Positions 10,670 to 20,359 of a stretch of DNA of 64,000 bases are shown one piece after another. A program made the translations under genes and the position numbers. Location of the stretch: contig JAOPTT010000007.1 of NCBI GenBank assembly GCA_051531975.1, positions 184,985 through 248,984 of the forward strand, read 5' to 3'. Position 1 is the stretch's first letter. Each line of letters begins with the position of its first letter. The stretch is from Spirochaetaceae bacterium. GTDB taxonomy: Bacteria > Spirochaetota > Spirochaetia > DSM-2461. The notes under the pieces are model-generated. The model ran no database searches and was not told where the DNA came from. It saw only the letters and a list, made by a program, of their open reading frames with translations.

Positions 10670-10695
10670 AAAAAAAGGGGGCAGAATTGCCCCCT
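10670..10695 (-). terminator. Intrinsic terminator between the SBP gene and the LacI genes
   Basis: AGGGGGCA-ATTC-TGCCCCCT stem followed by a T run on the minus strand. Confidence 0.75.
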
Positions 10696-10716
10696 AAATA
10701 TATTAATGAAACAATA

Positions 10717-12348
10717 TTATTTTACTGAAACACCTAACTTACGACAGTTTTCTTCGTACATAACTTGTTGATAGTCAAGCATAGACTGAAGATTAATATC
10801 AGTCTTTTTTTGTTGCCATTCAGCCCATAACTCTTCAAACATCTCATCAGAATCAGCAGTCATTAGAAGAGGTATATATTTACCTTCCATATTTGCCTGT
10901 TTTGTAGCAATAAGTGCCTCAGGTTCATGTCCAGGAATTTGTAGGTTATCAAACTGTGCATAACTTTTTGTATATGGTTTTGTCCATTCCTGTAACTCTT
11001 TTTGTGGAGTAACAACTTTTGGAACCCAACCATTACCTTCAAACAGTGGATTATCCATTAACATCCAGAATGTCTGCTGACCACCATACTCACCATCGTA
11101 AGCTGATCTATCGTCAACTAATAATTTGTTTGCTTCCGCAGTTAACTGGTCTTGACCATCAACTGTTTCCCACTGACCAGGAGCACCTAAAGTAAAGTCA
11201 TGTTGACCCTCTTCTGACATCCAGTAGCTTAAGAACCTAATAGCTCTTGCAGGATCTTTACAGTTCTTAGAAATAAGAGTTACAGTCCAACCAGCAATAC
11301 CACCACCACTTAACTTAGGATCGTCCATTTTTGCGTTAGCAGGGCCATCTACGGCGATAAAAATTGAATCAGGATTATTCTGGTATAAAGACATCTGCTG
11401 ATTAACCATATCTGTATTCTGGTATATCATTGAAAAATATCTACCTTGTTCTTGTTTCTCTTCAATTTGTGGTCTTTGGTCTATAAAAATATCAGGAGTT
11501 AATAAACCTAATTCGTGAGCATTTCTAAACATTTTTAACCATTTTTTATATTCAGGATCTGAAGATCTGTCATATACTTTTCCATTAATCTGTCTAGGAA
11601 CAGCTAAGAAGTCTTGTAAAATTCTTTCAAATGAGTCGTTACCTTGCTCGTTAAATCCCATTCCTGCAAACGGTATTAAAGGGCTACCATTTACTTCTGG
11701 ATACATCTCTTTTGCTTTAACTAATGTGTTTAAGAAACCTTCTGGAGTTCTCATCGAAGGGCTACCAAGAGCTTCGTACATATCTTTTCTAACTAAAAAT
11801 GAAGAAGCTGAAGGGATATCAAATATATCGTAGTGCTCAGGAGCATATGATGCATTTGGGTAACCATATACATGACCATCATCTTTTGTATACCAACCTA
11901 ATCTAGCAGGTGATGCAACTTTAAAAAAGTAAGGGTCATACTTCTCAGCAAGTTCCTCTAATGGGTATAACATCTCACCATCAATCATATCTGTAATCTG
12001 GCCTTCCCACCAACCTAATGTAATAATATCTGGTAATTGATCTCCAGCTATCAGTGTATTTAATTTTTCAGCCTCTGACCCAGCTGGTACTATAAAGTTA
12101 ATATCAACACCAGTTTTTTCTGTAATATATCTAGATGTTGGATCATCACCCCATGCTCTTGGGAACCATGAAAAGTGTAGGTACCAATCAAACTCAATTG
12201 GACTAGTGTCTACTTGCCAACCTGGTTGGTCCGCTGTTAAGTTAGTTGCAGCGACCGACTTAGCTTCGTCATTACCACCTGCAAAAACTGTTGCGCTTAA
12301 CATTAAAAACATTAATGTTACACTGATTCTTACTAAAATTTGTTTCAT
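10717..12348 (-). CDS. Carbohydrate ABC transporter substrate-binding protein (LplA-like), probably for laminari-oligosaccharides
   Basis: Signal peptide ending VFAGG; YITEKTGVDINF, LIAGDQLPDII, DGHVYGYP motifs; adjacent permeases. Confidence 0.88.
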   Translation of the reverse strand: MKQILVRISVTLMFLMLSATVFAGGNDEAKSVAATNLTADQPGWQVDTSPIEFDWYLHFSWFPRAWGDDPTSRYITEKTGVDINFIVPAGSEAEKLNTLIAGDQLPDIITLGWWEGQITDMIDGEMLYPLEELAEKYDPYFFKVASPARLGWYTKDDGHVYGYPNASYAPEHYDIFDIPSASSFLVRKDMYEALGSPSMRTPEGFLNTLVKAKEMYPEVNGSPLIPFAGMGFNEQGNDSFERILQDFLAVPRQINGKVYDRSSDPEYKKWLKMFRNAHELGLLTPDIFIDQRPQIEEKQEQGRYFSMIYQNTDMVNQQMSLYQNNPDSIFIAVDGPANAKMDDPKLSGGGIAGWTVTLISKNCKDPARAIRFLSYWMSEEGQHDFTLGAPGQWETVDGQDQLTAEANKLLVDDRSAYDGEYGGQQTFWMLMDNPLFEGNGWVPKVVTPQKELQEWTKPYTKSYAQFDNLQIPGHEPEALIATKQANMEGKYIPLLMTADSDEMFEELWAEWQQKKTDINLQSMLDYQQVMYEENCRKLGVSVK

Positions 12349-12421
12349 AAAAAATTCTCCTATTTATATATATAAAACCCTGTCGGAAAATAACATCCCA
12401 CTGGGCATTTATTAAAATTAA

Positions 12422-13303
12422 TTAACCCTTTACAGATCCAACAGTCATACCCTGAACAAAATATTTTTGTAAAAATGGATATACACAAACAATTGGAAAT
12501 GTCACTACAATCATTGTTGCTAAACGTAGAGATGTACTATTTACAGCATTAGATCTTACAGCTACTGGTGTTGCACTCATTTGGGTATTAACACTACCAC
12601 TTGTTATTATTCTATATAGATATGTCTGGATTGGTTCCAACTCTCTATCACTAACAAAAACAACTCCCATAAAAAAGTCATTCCAATGCCAAACACCTTG
12701 GAATAGAGCAATTGTAGCTAAAACAGGTCCAGAAAGAGGTAAAATTATTCTAGTAAAAACAATACCTTCGTGGGCTCCATCTATAATTGCGGACTCTTCT
12801 AAACTTTCAGGAATTGACCTGAAAAAAGATGTGAATATAATTAAGTGAAAGAAGTTAAACATTGTTGGAATTATATAGACCCAAAATGTATTAATTAGAT
12901 GTAAGTTTTTTAAGTTAATAAAACCAGGTATTAAACCTCCACCAAAAAACATTGTGAATGTTCCTAATGCAAGATAAAAATTTCGACCTAGCAGGTGTTT
13001 TTTTGACCATGCGAATGCAGTCATTGCAGTAAACAGTAGGTGTGTTACAGTTCCAATAGTTGTTCTTAGGACAGATATTATAAAGGCTTGAATTATAACA
13101 TCGTCTTCAAAAACCTTTTGAAAGCTTTCTAAACTAAACTGTCTAGGTATCCAGTAAATTCCACCAAGTGCAGCATCGGAAGCATCGTTAAAAGCTAATA
13201 TTACGGTATACCAAATTGGGTATATACATACAAAAGCTAATAAGGCCATAAGTAAAGTATTTATTACAGAAAATGTATCTGTCTTTTTTCTAAATTTAAT
13301 CAT
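12422..13303 (-). CDS. Carbohydrate ABC transporter permease (LplC/MalG-like)
   Basis: IPESLEESAIIDGA EAA motif; YPFLQKYFVQG...GSVKG. Confidence 0.93.
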   Translation of the reverse strand: MIKFRKKTDTFSVINTLLMALLAFVCIYPIWYTVILAFNDASDAALGGIYWIPRQFSLESFQKVFEDDVIIQAFIISVLRTTIGTVTHLLFTAMTAFAWSKKHLLGRNFYLALGTFTMFFGGGLIPGFINLKNLHLINTFWVYIIPTMFNFFHLIIFTSFFRSIPESLEESAIIDGAHEGIVFTRIILPLSGPVLATIALFQGVWHWNDFFMGVVFVSDRELEPIQTYLYRIITSGSVNTQMSATPVAVRSNAVNSTSLRLATMIVVTFPIVCVYPFLQKYFVQGMTVGSVKG

Positions 13304-13315
13304 AATAAGCTCCTG

Positions 13316-14233
13316 TTAAAATAGTGCGTGACCACTTATTTTTTTAGTGATTTTGTTTGCGCTACCAAGTAAAATAAGTGCAACAACAGATTTGAATAGA
13401 CCTACAGCCTGAGCATATGAGTATCTACCACCAATAATACCAGTTCTATATACAAAAACATCTATAACGTCACTGGCTGATTGGTTTAAAGAGTTTCTTA
13501 AAACTAGGATCTGATCGAAGTTGGTATTTAACATTCCACTTATAGCTAAAATAAGGAATATTGAAATTGTTGGTGCTATAGATGGTAGTGTAATGTGGAG
13601 CATTTTCTGGAACCTATTAGCACCATCCACTGTTGCAGCTTCGTATAGTGCTGGGTTTATTCCTGCAATAGCAGCAAGATAGATAATTGCACCCCAACCT
13701 AACTCTTTCCAAATATCCGAGATTACAGCTATTCCCCAGAACATATCTGGTTCCGCTAAATAGAATATTGGCTCGGCAATAACACCTAAAAGAAGTAATA
13801 GTTCGTTAATAAAACCAACATCTGATAGCCAATTAACCATAATTCCACCTAAAACTGTCCATGATAGAAAGTGGGGAAGGTATGAAATTGTTTGTACAAA
13901 TTTTTTGAACGGAGCATTCTTTATTTCATTTAAAAATATTGCAAAGATTATTGGTAATGGAAAACCAACAAAAAGTCTAATGAGACTTATACCCAGAGTA
14001 TTTTTCATAACAATTCCAAAATCACCACTTGTGAATAGTTCTATAAAGTGCTCAAACCCTATAAAAGGTTGTCCAATTATTGGTTTTATAATCCTATAGT
14101 TTTGAAATGCAATAATAATTCCATACATAGGAATGTAGTTAAATATTATCATCCAGACTAATGCTGGTAGTGCCATCATTAATAGGTAACGTTGCTTAAA
14201 AACAGTTTGACCTAATGTCAACGTATTTTTCAT
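13316..14233 (-). CDS. Carbohydrate ABC transporter permease (LplB/MalF-like)
   Basis: LYEAATVDGA, YLPHFLSW. Start reassigned to ATG 14233 (AAGGAG SD); the ORF-track start at 14302 lies inside the operator. Confidence 0.92.
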   Translation of the reverse strand: MKNTLTLGQTVFKQRYLLMMALPALVWMIIFNYIPMYGIIIAFQNYRIIKPIIGQPFIGFEHFIELFTSGDFGIVMKNTLGISLIRLFVGFPLPIIFAIFLNEIKNAPFKKFVQTISYLPHFLSWTVLGGIMVNWLSDVGFINELLLLLGVIAEPIFYLAEPDMFWGIAVISDIWKELGWGAIIYLAAIAGINPALYEAATVDGANRFQKMLHITLPSIAPTISIFLILAISGMLNTNFDQILVLRNSLNQSASDVIDVFVYRTGIIGGRYSYAQAVGLFKSVVALILLGSANKITKKISGHALF

Positions 14234-14255
14234 CGGTACTCCTTGATATCTCATT

Positions 14256-14302
14256 TGTTTGCGTAAACATAATGTAACATGAGTTTCTGTTTGCGTAAAC
14301 AT
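14256..14302 (-). promoter_or_regulatory. ABC operon promoter with two identical LacI-type operators
   Basis: TGTTTGCGTAAACAT at 14256-14270 and 14288-14302. Minus-strand TTTACG-17 nt-TACATT promoter: one operator on the -35, the other on the predicted TSS. Confidence 0.8.
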
Positions 14303-14356
14303 TTATTTTGAGTTTTTTACAATTAATTAAAATATACTTTCTAAAAAGAGAATTTC

Positions 14357-14385
14357 TTGACATATGAATTCTAGTTATGTATCCT
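14357..14385 (+). promoter_or_regulatory. sigma70 promoter of the diguanylate cyclase, probably leaderless
   Basis: TTGACA-17 nt-TATCCT-5 nt-ATG; no SD. Confidence 0.7.
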
Positions 14386-14390
14386 AAATC

Positions 14391-16466
14391 ATGGACATAA
14401 ATAGTCTTAAAATTAAAAATGAGATAATAAAACTAAATAACTCAAGCAGAGAAATATTCTCTACTGATATTAAGACTTCAGAGAAACTTGCACTTAAAGC
14501 TGTAATGCTTTCTAGGAAAGAAGCCATGAATAGAGAATTAGCAGATAGCCTAGTTAATCTATCTAATATTAGATCTGAAGTTGGAGACTATCTAAATGCA
14601 ACAGATTATATTTTTGAAGCTATTTCAATATTAAAAAGGGATGTTAAGTCAGAAGTAATTGTTAAAGCATACAGAGTTTTAGGAATTAACTATCTTAGAA
14701 CAGGGGATTTAGACAAAGCTCTTTCCACACTTAACCTTTCAAAAGTTTTATCTAACGAATTGGGAGATACAATTGAGTTACCAAGCATTTTATTAGGTAT
14801 AGGTAATGTTTTATCATTTAAAAATGCCAATGAAGATTCCTTAATATATTATGAACAATCATTTAGGGCAGCAGAAAAAACTAAAAATATAGAGGTTCAA
14901 TTAAAAGCTCTTAATAACTTAGGTTGTAGTTATAATAGTTTAGATAGGTTAGATGAAGCAGAGGATTGTATTAATAGATGTATCTCTATATCAAAAGACC
15001 ATGGATTCATGGATATAGTTATTTGGGCTTTAGATGAACTTGGTCTTATCTATATAAAAAGAGGTGATCATACTAGAGCAATAGAGTCTTGGCTGGAATG
15101 TCTTCGAATAGACAAAGATAGAGGAGAGACTATAAATACAATTGCTCCAAATCTTAATATTGCAAAATACTACCTTAAAACAGAATCTTGGGAATTAGCA
15201 CAGCAGTATTTAAACGATGCCTCTAGAGTCGCAAAAAGTAGTAACTCCCGGTTAGAATTAGTTAAAGTATATAAATTAGAATCTCAGATGTATGAAAAAA
15301 AAGGGGATTTTAAAATAGCTTTAGATCTTTTTAAAAAACAATATCTTCTTGAACAGCAGGTAACTAAACAGGAATCTGTTAGAGAACTTAAAGAGATCGA
15401 GTTAGAAGCCTTAACTATTGCTAAGGAAAGAATTATTTCAATAAGCAAAATAGGTCGAACAATTACTGAAAGTTTAGATCTAGAGACTACATTAAAAAGA
15501 ATTTATACATATGTAAAAGAAATTAGCGATTCCACTATATTTGGTATAGCCAGATATAATAAAAAGAGTTCCAAGATCTCCTACGATATATTTATGGAGG
15601 ATGGTATAAAATTACCTCACTTTGAAACAGGAGTGGAGGATAAAAATAGCCTCGCTGCTTGGTGTGTAAGAAATAAAAAAAGAATTGTTATTAATAATTT
15701 AGAAAATGATTATGTAAAATATGTAGAGTCAGTATGGGCGGTATTTGGTGGTGTTAAACATCCTAAGTCAATAATATATCTACCTCTGTTAGTTGGAGAT
15801 GAATTCATTGGACTTATTACAGTTCAAAGTTACAAAGAGAATGCATATTCTGTAGTTGATGTAGACTCTTTTGATATCTTGTCTTCCTATGCCGCTATAG
15901 CACTAAATAATGCAAGGCAATCAGAGATGATAAGAAAACAAAATAAAGAGTTAGTTGTCTTAGCTACTTTAGATAGTTTAACAGGAATTAAAAATAGAAG
16001 AGCTTTCTTTGAGGACGTAAGAAAATGTAGGGCATGGGCGAGAAGATTAAAAGTACCACACTCATTCATACTTCTAGATTTAGATCATTTCAAAAAAATA
16101 AATGATAAATATGGGCATCCTGCAGGAGATTTTTGTCTTATTGAAGTTGCCAAGATTCTTAATGAAGTAATTAAAAGAGATAATGATGAAGTTGGGCGGT
16201 TTGGTGGAGAGGAATTTTGTATATCCTTAGGTGATGCAGATATTAATGGAGCTAAGCTTGTAGCAGAAAAAATAAGAAGTAAGATTGAAGGATTCACTTT
16301 TATATATGATGGAATTAACATAAATATTACAGCAAGTTTTGGTATAAGTACTGCAGAACCACATTTAGAACATAAAAAGAGTATTGGAAATCTTTTATCC
16401 GAAGCTGATAAAGCTATGTACAAAGCTAAAAAGTCAGGGCGAAACTGTGTTAAAATATATAGGTGA
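14391..16466 (+). CDS. TPR-GAF-GGDEF diguanylate cyclase
   Basis: N-terminal TPR-like repeats (ALNNLGCSY), GAF (SIIYLPL...ITVQSY), DSLTG...DLDHFKKINDKYGHPAGD...RFGGEEF. Confidence 0.92.
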   Translation: MDINSLKIKNEIIKLNNSSREIFSTDIKTSEKLALKAVMLSRKEAMNRELADSLVNLSNIRSEVGDYLNATDYIFEAISILKRDVKSEVIVKAYRVLGINYLRTGDLDKALSTLNLSKVLSNELGDTIELPSILLGIGNVLSFKNANEDSLIYYEQSFRAAEKTKNIEVQLKALNNLGCSYNSLDRLDEAEDCINRCISISKDHGFMDIVIWALDELGLIYIKRGDHTRAIESWLECLRIDKDRGETINTIAPNLNIAKYYLKTESWELAQQYLNDASRVAKSSNSRLELVKVYKLESQMYEKKGDFKIALDLFKKQYLLEQQVTKQESVRELKEIELEALTIAKERIISISKIGRTITESLDLETTLKRIYTYVKEISDSTIFGIARYNKKSSKISYDIFMEDGIKLPHFETGVEDKNSLAAWCVRNKKRIVINNLENDYVKYVESVWAVFGGVKHPKSIIYLPLLVGDEFIGLITVQSYKENAYSVVDVDSFDILSSYAAIALNNARQSEMIRKQNKELVVLATLDSLTGIKNRRAFFEDVRKCRAWARRLKVPHSFILLDLDHFKKINDKYGHPAGDFCLIEVAKILNEVIKRDNDEVGRFGGEEFCISLGDADINGAKLVAEKIRSKIEGFTFIYDGININITASFGISTAEPHLEHKKSIGNLLSEADKAMYKAKKSGRNCVKIYR

Positions 16467-16486
16467 TAGATAAGCACTATCACCTA
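16460..16486. terminator. Hairpin between convergent genes
   Basis: TAGGTGATAG-7 nt-CTATCACCTA perfect 10-bp stem. Confidence 0.6.
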
Positions 16487-16491
16487 CTAAA

Positions 16492-16665
16492 TTATGCAAA
16501 AAGAATTACTGGTACAAATTCTTCTTTCTGAGTTACTATTGAAATTGTGTAACTTCTTCTTTTAGGTCTAAGAACTCTTCTAGGAGCTCTACCTCTAGGT
16601 GATAATAGTGACATACATGATGTAGTCAAAAGTAGTACTAATACTGTAATTAAAATTTTTTTCAT
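16492..16665 (-). CDS. Small (57 aa) putative lipoprotein with Arg/Pro-rich mature part
   Basis: MKKILITVLVLLLTTSCMSLLSPRGRAPRRVLRPKRRSYTISIVTQKEEFVPVILFA; strong SD AAAAGGAG 7 nt upstream; lipobox-like LTTSC; below the ORF-track cut-off. Confidence 0.65.
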   Translation of the reverse strand: MKKILITVLVLLLTTSCMSLLSPRGRAPRRVLRPKRRSYTISIVTQKEEFVPVILFA

Positions 16666-16723
16666 TTTAAATCTCCTTTTTTTATTGTAGAATAAAATTA
16701 ATGTTTTTATAAGGAGTTTTTTT

Positions 16724-17365
16724 TTGGTAATTAATTATAAACAAAAAACAGTAATATTTCTAAGTTTGGTATTAATTTTTGAGTTATGTTTCATCTTCCT
16801 TCCTCAATTTCCTGCAAGGACAATAATTAAGTTAGCACCAAGTTTTGTATTGCTTTGGTTTTTATTAGAATTAAAAGGTGTGGATAAGTTTTTTATGTTA
16901 TTAGCACTCTTTTTTTGTATGGCAGGAGACTCTTTTTTAGATATAAATAGAGATCGACTTTTTATGGGTGGATTAATTAGTTTCACATTAGCTCATGTTG
17001 TCTATTTAGTATATTTTTTAAGGAACATAAAGAAACCAGACAACAGAACAACTATAGTAGTTACAGCACTGTTTTTATATGGTTTTATATTAGCTTGGTT
17101 TTTACGTGAAGCTCCTTCTGATTTACTTATACCAGTCTGGGTTTATTTAGGAATAATAATATTTATGGCAATGGCAGCATTTTTAACAAAAGGTGTTAAT
17201 ACATTTCTTAAAATAGGAGTCTTAGTATTTGTCTTTTCAGACTCAATATTAGCTTTAAATAAGTTTATTATTCCATTTAGCTTTGCAACACCTCTTAATA
17301 TATTTCTATATTTTATGGCTCAGCTTTTTATAGTTCGAGGGATTGTTTCTAGAAAATCATTTTGA
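16724..17365 (+). CDS. YhhN/lysoplasmalogenase family membrane protein
   Basis: ALFFCMAGDSFLD, GLISFTLAHVVY, FVFSDSILALNKF, YFMAQLFI motifs; TTG start after AAGGAG. Confidence 0.85.
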   Translation: MVINYKQKTVIFLSLVLIFELCFIFLPQFPARTIIKLAPSFVLLWFLLELKGVDKFFMLLALFFCMAGDSFLDINRDRLFMGGLISFTLAHVVYLVYFLRNIKKPDNRTTIVVTALFLYGFILAWFLREAPSDLLIPVWVYLGIIIFMAMAAFLTKGVNTFLKIGVLVFVFSDSILALNKFIIPFSFATPLNIFLYFMAQLFIVRGIVSRKSF

Positions 17366-18544
17366 TATATCCCTTTTTCTTGCAATGTTTACCATTATGG
17401 GGAGTAATATAGTTGAGCAAACCGCTATTATGATAAAAGCAGTTGTTAATCCATATAAGTCCCCTAATTTACCAATAATTGGAAAAAGTATAATCATAAA
17501 TAAGCTAAAGACCATACTTTGTAAAGAGAGTATAGTTGCTCTCTGTGCACTTGGTATTAGCTTATTTATATAGTCATTAATTGTAATATATAATACACCT
17601 TCAATCATAGATAAAATGATAAAGGATATTTTTTGTACCCCTGGAAATGTCATCCCCCAAAATCCAAAAATTGCTAAAAGTGGTAATATAGTTACTAAAG
17701 TTTTTAATGATATTTTCTTCTCAATTTTGTACGTTTGTGTTGCAATAGCAGCTGTAGCTAAAGACGCTATAGATAAAATTATTCCAATTACAAATTCGGT
17801 ATTCCCTGCATTTTTTAACATATTTTGTAGATAAAAGAATTCAGTAACATAGAAAGTTGAAAACAGTTCTAATAAAATAATAATTTCAGCAATCCTTTTA
17901 TCCTTTTTTACTACTAGAATACTGTCTAATAACTGTTTTTTAAATGTAGCAAAAAAATTATGACTTCTTTCTACTTTACCAATAGTTGGTTCTGTAAATG
18001 TTAAGGCTTGTACAAATGCAAAACATGCTAAGATAAAAGCTCCCTTATATACATTTGCATAGGATATTGTCGCAATATAACCACCTAAAAGGAGAGCTAG
18101 TGTTTGTGTACTCTGGTATATTAACTCATTTCGACCTTTTATTTTTGTATATTCATTTTCTCTACCAATCTCTTTAATACTATCGTATATTAGTGCATCT
18201 CCAGCCCCAGATTCTAAATTATTACTTAAAGCTGTAAAGAAGAAACTTAAGGCAAAAAATATTACTGAGTTTGAATATATCATTATTAATGTTGATATTA
18301 TTAAGCAGACAGTACTTAGAATTCGGCTAATTTTACGACCATAAATATCCGCTATAGCTCCAGTTGGAATCTCCATTGTAAAGGATGATACATGATATAC
18401 AGTCTCCATTATTCCTATCTGGAAGAGTGAAAGTCCTTTACTTGCAAGGTATAACATCCAAACACCATGGGTCAGATTAAATCTACTAATGAAAGTAAAA
18501 AGATAATCTTTATATATATTTTTCTCTAATTTAACTCTATTCAT
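17357..18544 (-). CDS. MFS transporter
   Basis: EIPTGAIADIYGRK motif A, SGAGDALIYDS, about 12 TM segments. Confidence 0.9.
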   Translation of the reverse strand: MNRVKLEKNIYKDYLFTFISRFNLTHGVWMLYLASKGLSLFQIGIMETVYHVSSFTMEIPTGAIADIYGRKISRILSTVCLIISTLIMIYSNSVIFFALSFFFTALSNNLESGAGDALIYDSIKEIGRENEYTKIKGRNELIYQSTQTLALLLGGYIATISYANVYKGAFILACFAFVQALTFTEPTIGKVERSHNFFATFKKQLLDSILVVKKDKRIAEIIILLELFSTFYVTEFFYLQNMLKNAGNTEFVIGIILSIASLATAAIATQTYKIEKKISLKTLVTILPLLAIFGFWGMTFPGVQKISFIILSMIEGVLYITINDYINKLIPSAQRATILSLQSMVFSLFMIILFPIIGKLGDLYGLTTAFIIIAVCSTILLPIMVNIARKRDISK

Positions 18545-18608
18545 AAGTTCAGATTCATATTTATTAACTATTTATTCAATACTACTTTAGTAGAATTAAA
18601 TATTTTTC

Positions 18609-18637
18609 TTGTCCAATACTTATCAATCATCTAGAAT
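18609..18637 (+). promoter_or_regulatory. sigma70 promoter of the second diguanylate cyclase, probably leaderless
   Basis: TTGTCC-17 nt-TAGAAT-6 nt-ATG; no SD. Confidence 0.65.
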
Positions 18638-18643
18638 GACTTA

Positions 18644-20359
18644 ATGCTATTTAAAAAAATGTTAATAATGTTAATAACTTTAGCCTCCCTAAATTCTTGT
18701 AATAAAATTGATAACAGGATAATTCCTACAGCAGATAATGGTGTTATAGACTTAACTGGTATTGAAATTAGTGGTACTAATAATATTAAGCTGGATGGTG
18801 AGTGGGAGTTTTATTGGAAAGAATTTTTATTTTCAAATGTTAAAGGTGATAGGTTAATTATTCCTGACTATATAAAAACACCAGGTAGTTGGGCTGATAA
18901 TACTCTATATGAAGCCCATGGGTTTGCTACTCTAAGGTTATTAGTTCATGGTCTAACTCCCGATTCTATGTACTCTTTATATATTCCAGATATATCCTCA
19001 AGTTATAAGCTATGGGCCGATGGAAAACTAATCTCTTGGAATGGGGTAATAGGTAAAAATAGAGAACAAAGTCGCCCTGAATTTCTCCCTAAGACTGTTA
19101 GTTTCCATACAGTCGATTCATCAGTAGAAATCATTATACATGTGAGTAATTATCATTACAGGAAGGCTGGGACTTGGAGAAGTATAATAATAGGATCTGT
19201 TGAATCTTTAACATCTCAAAGTATTAAAAAAGTAATAATGGATATCTTTATGGCAGGGCTATTATATGCTATATCGGTTGTTCATATAAGGGTGTATCTT
19301 TATAGGAAAGAGGAAAAAATTGAACTGTATTTTGGTCTAATATGTATATCTTTATTAATCAGGATAATAACTACAGGGGAACAACTTTTAACTTACTTAA
19401 TTCCAAGTATCCCTTGGGAAGTTGTTAGACGGTTAGAATTAATACCATTCTATTTTACAGCACCAATGATTCTTATATTTCTCACAATACTTTTCCCAAA
19501 AGAATCAAACAAGTACTTGCATAGAGCATATATATTTTTAAGTATGATATTGGGAGTAATCTTTATATTTTTACCAATAAGAATTAGTAATCATTTTATT
19601 CCCTATGCCCAAGCCATAGTCATTCTTGGAATAGTCTATCTATTTATTATTCTATTTAAAGCAATTAAAAGTGGTCGATCAAATGCAATTACAATAACCC
19701 TTGCGTATGCTGTTTTCTCTTTAGCTACAATCAGTGATATTTTATTTGCTAACGATATTATTCAATTTATGTACATCTCTCCTTATGGGTTTATTATTTT
19801 AATTTTTACTCAGTCAGATATGTTAACTGAAAGGTTTACAAGATCCTTTTCACAGAGAGATATACTTGTCAAAAGTCGAGATAAGTTCAGGTATGCAAGT
19901 ATTACAGATGGATTAACAGGACTTTATAATGCTAGGTATCTACATAAAATATTAGAGGAAGAGATAACAAAAAACAGTACAGAGAGTGTTGATTTAGCAG
20001 TTATTATGTTAGATGTTGATAATTTTAAAAACTACAACGATACTTATGGGCATAAACAGGGAGATCTTGTACTAAAAAGCTTAGCCGATGTTATTAAACG
20101 TTCTGCAAGAGAAATAGATATCTCTTGTCGGTATGGAGGAGAAGAGTTTACAGTTATTCTTCCTAGGACAACACTTTCCGCTGCAGAAGATGTTGCTGAA
20201 AGAATTAGGACTAATTTTGAGAAACTAAAGTTTACAACAGTCTCTATAGGTGTATCTGAGTTTATTCATGGGGAGAATGTTGATCAGATTATAGAGAGAG
20301 CTGATATGGCCCTGTACAAAGCTAAAAAAGGTGGAAAAAACAGGGTCGAATTAGCCTAA
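18644..20359 (+). CDS. 7TM-DISM sensor diguanylate cyclase (GGDEF)
   Basis: IKLDGEWEFYW sugar-binding-like ectodomain, about 7 TM helices, TDGLTGLYN...RYGGEEF. Confidence 0.9.
   Translation: MLFKKMLIMLITLASLNSCNKIDNRIIPTADNGVIDLTGIEISGTNNIKLDGEWEFYWKEFLFSNVKGDRLIIPDYIKTPGSWADNTLYEAHGFATLRLLVHGLTPDSMYSLYIPDISSSYKLWADGKLISWNGVIGKNREQSRPEFLPKTVSFHTVDSSVEIIIHVSNYHYRKAGTWRSIIIGSVESLTSQSIKKVIMDIFMAGLLYAISVVHIRVYLYRKEEKIELYFGLICISLLIRIITTGEQLLTYLIPSIPWEVVRRLELIPFYFTAPMILIFLTILFPKESNKYLHRAYIFLSMILGVIFIFLPIRISNHFIPYAQAIVILGIVYLFIILFKAIKSGRSNAITITLAYAVFSLATISDILFANDIIQFMYISPYGFIILIFTQSDMLTERFTRSFSQRDILVKSRDKFRYASITDGLTGLYNARYLHKILEEEITKNSTESVDLAVIMLDVDNFKNYNDTYGHKQGDLVLKSLADVIKRSAREIDISCRYGGEEFTVILPRTTLSAAEDVAERIRTNFEKLKFTTVSIGVSEFIHGENVDQIIERADMALYKAKKGGKNRVELA

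Noticed and set aside
14234..14302. ORF-track N-terminal extensions (13316-14302; also 22300, 33916, 45022, 48396 starts)
   Set aside because: They run through promoter/operator DNA; downstream starts have SD sites, leaderless geometry or paralogue support.
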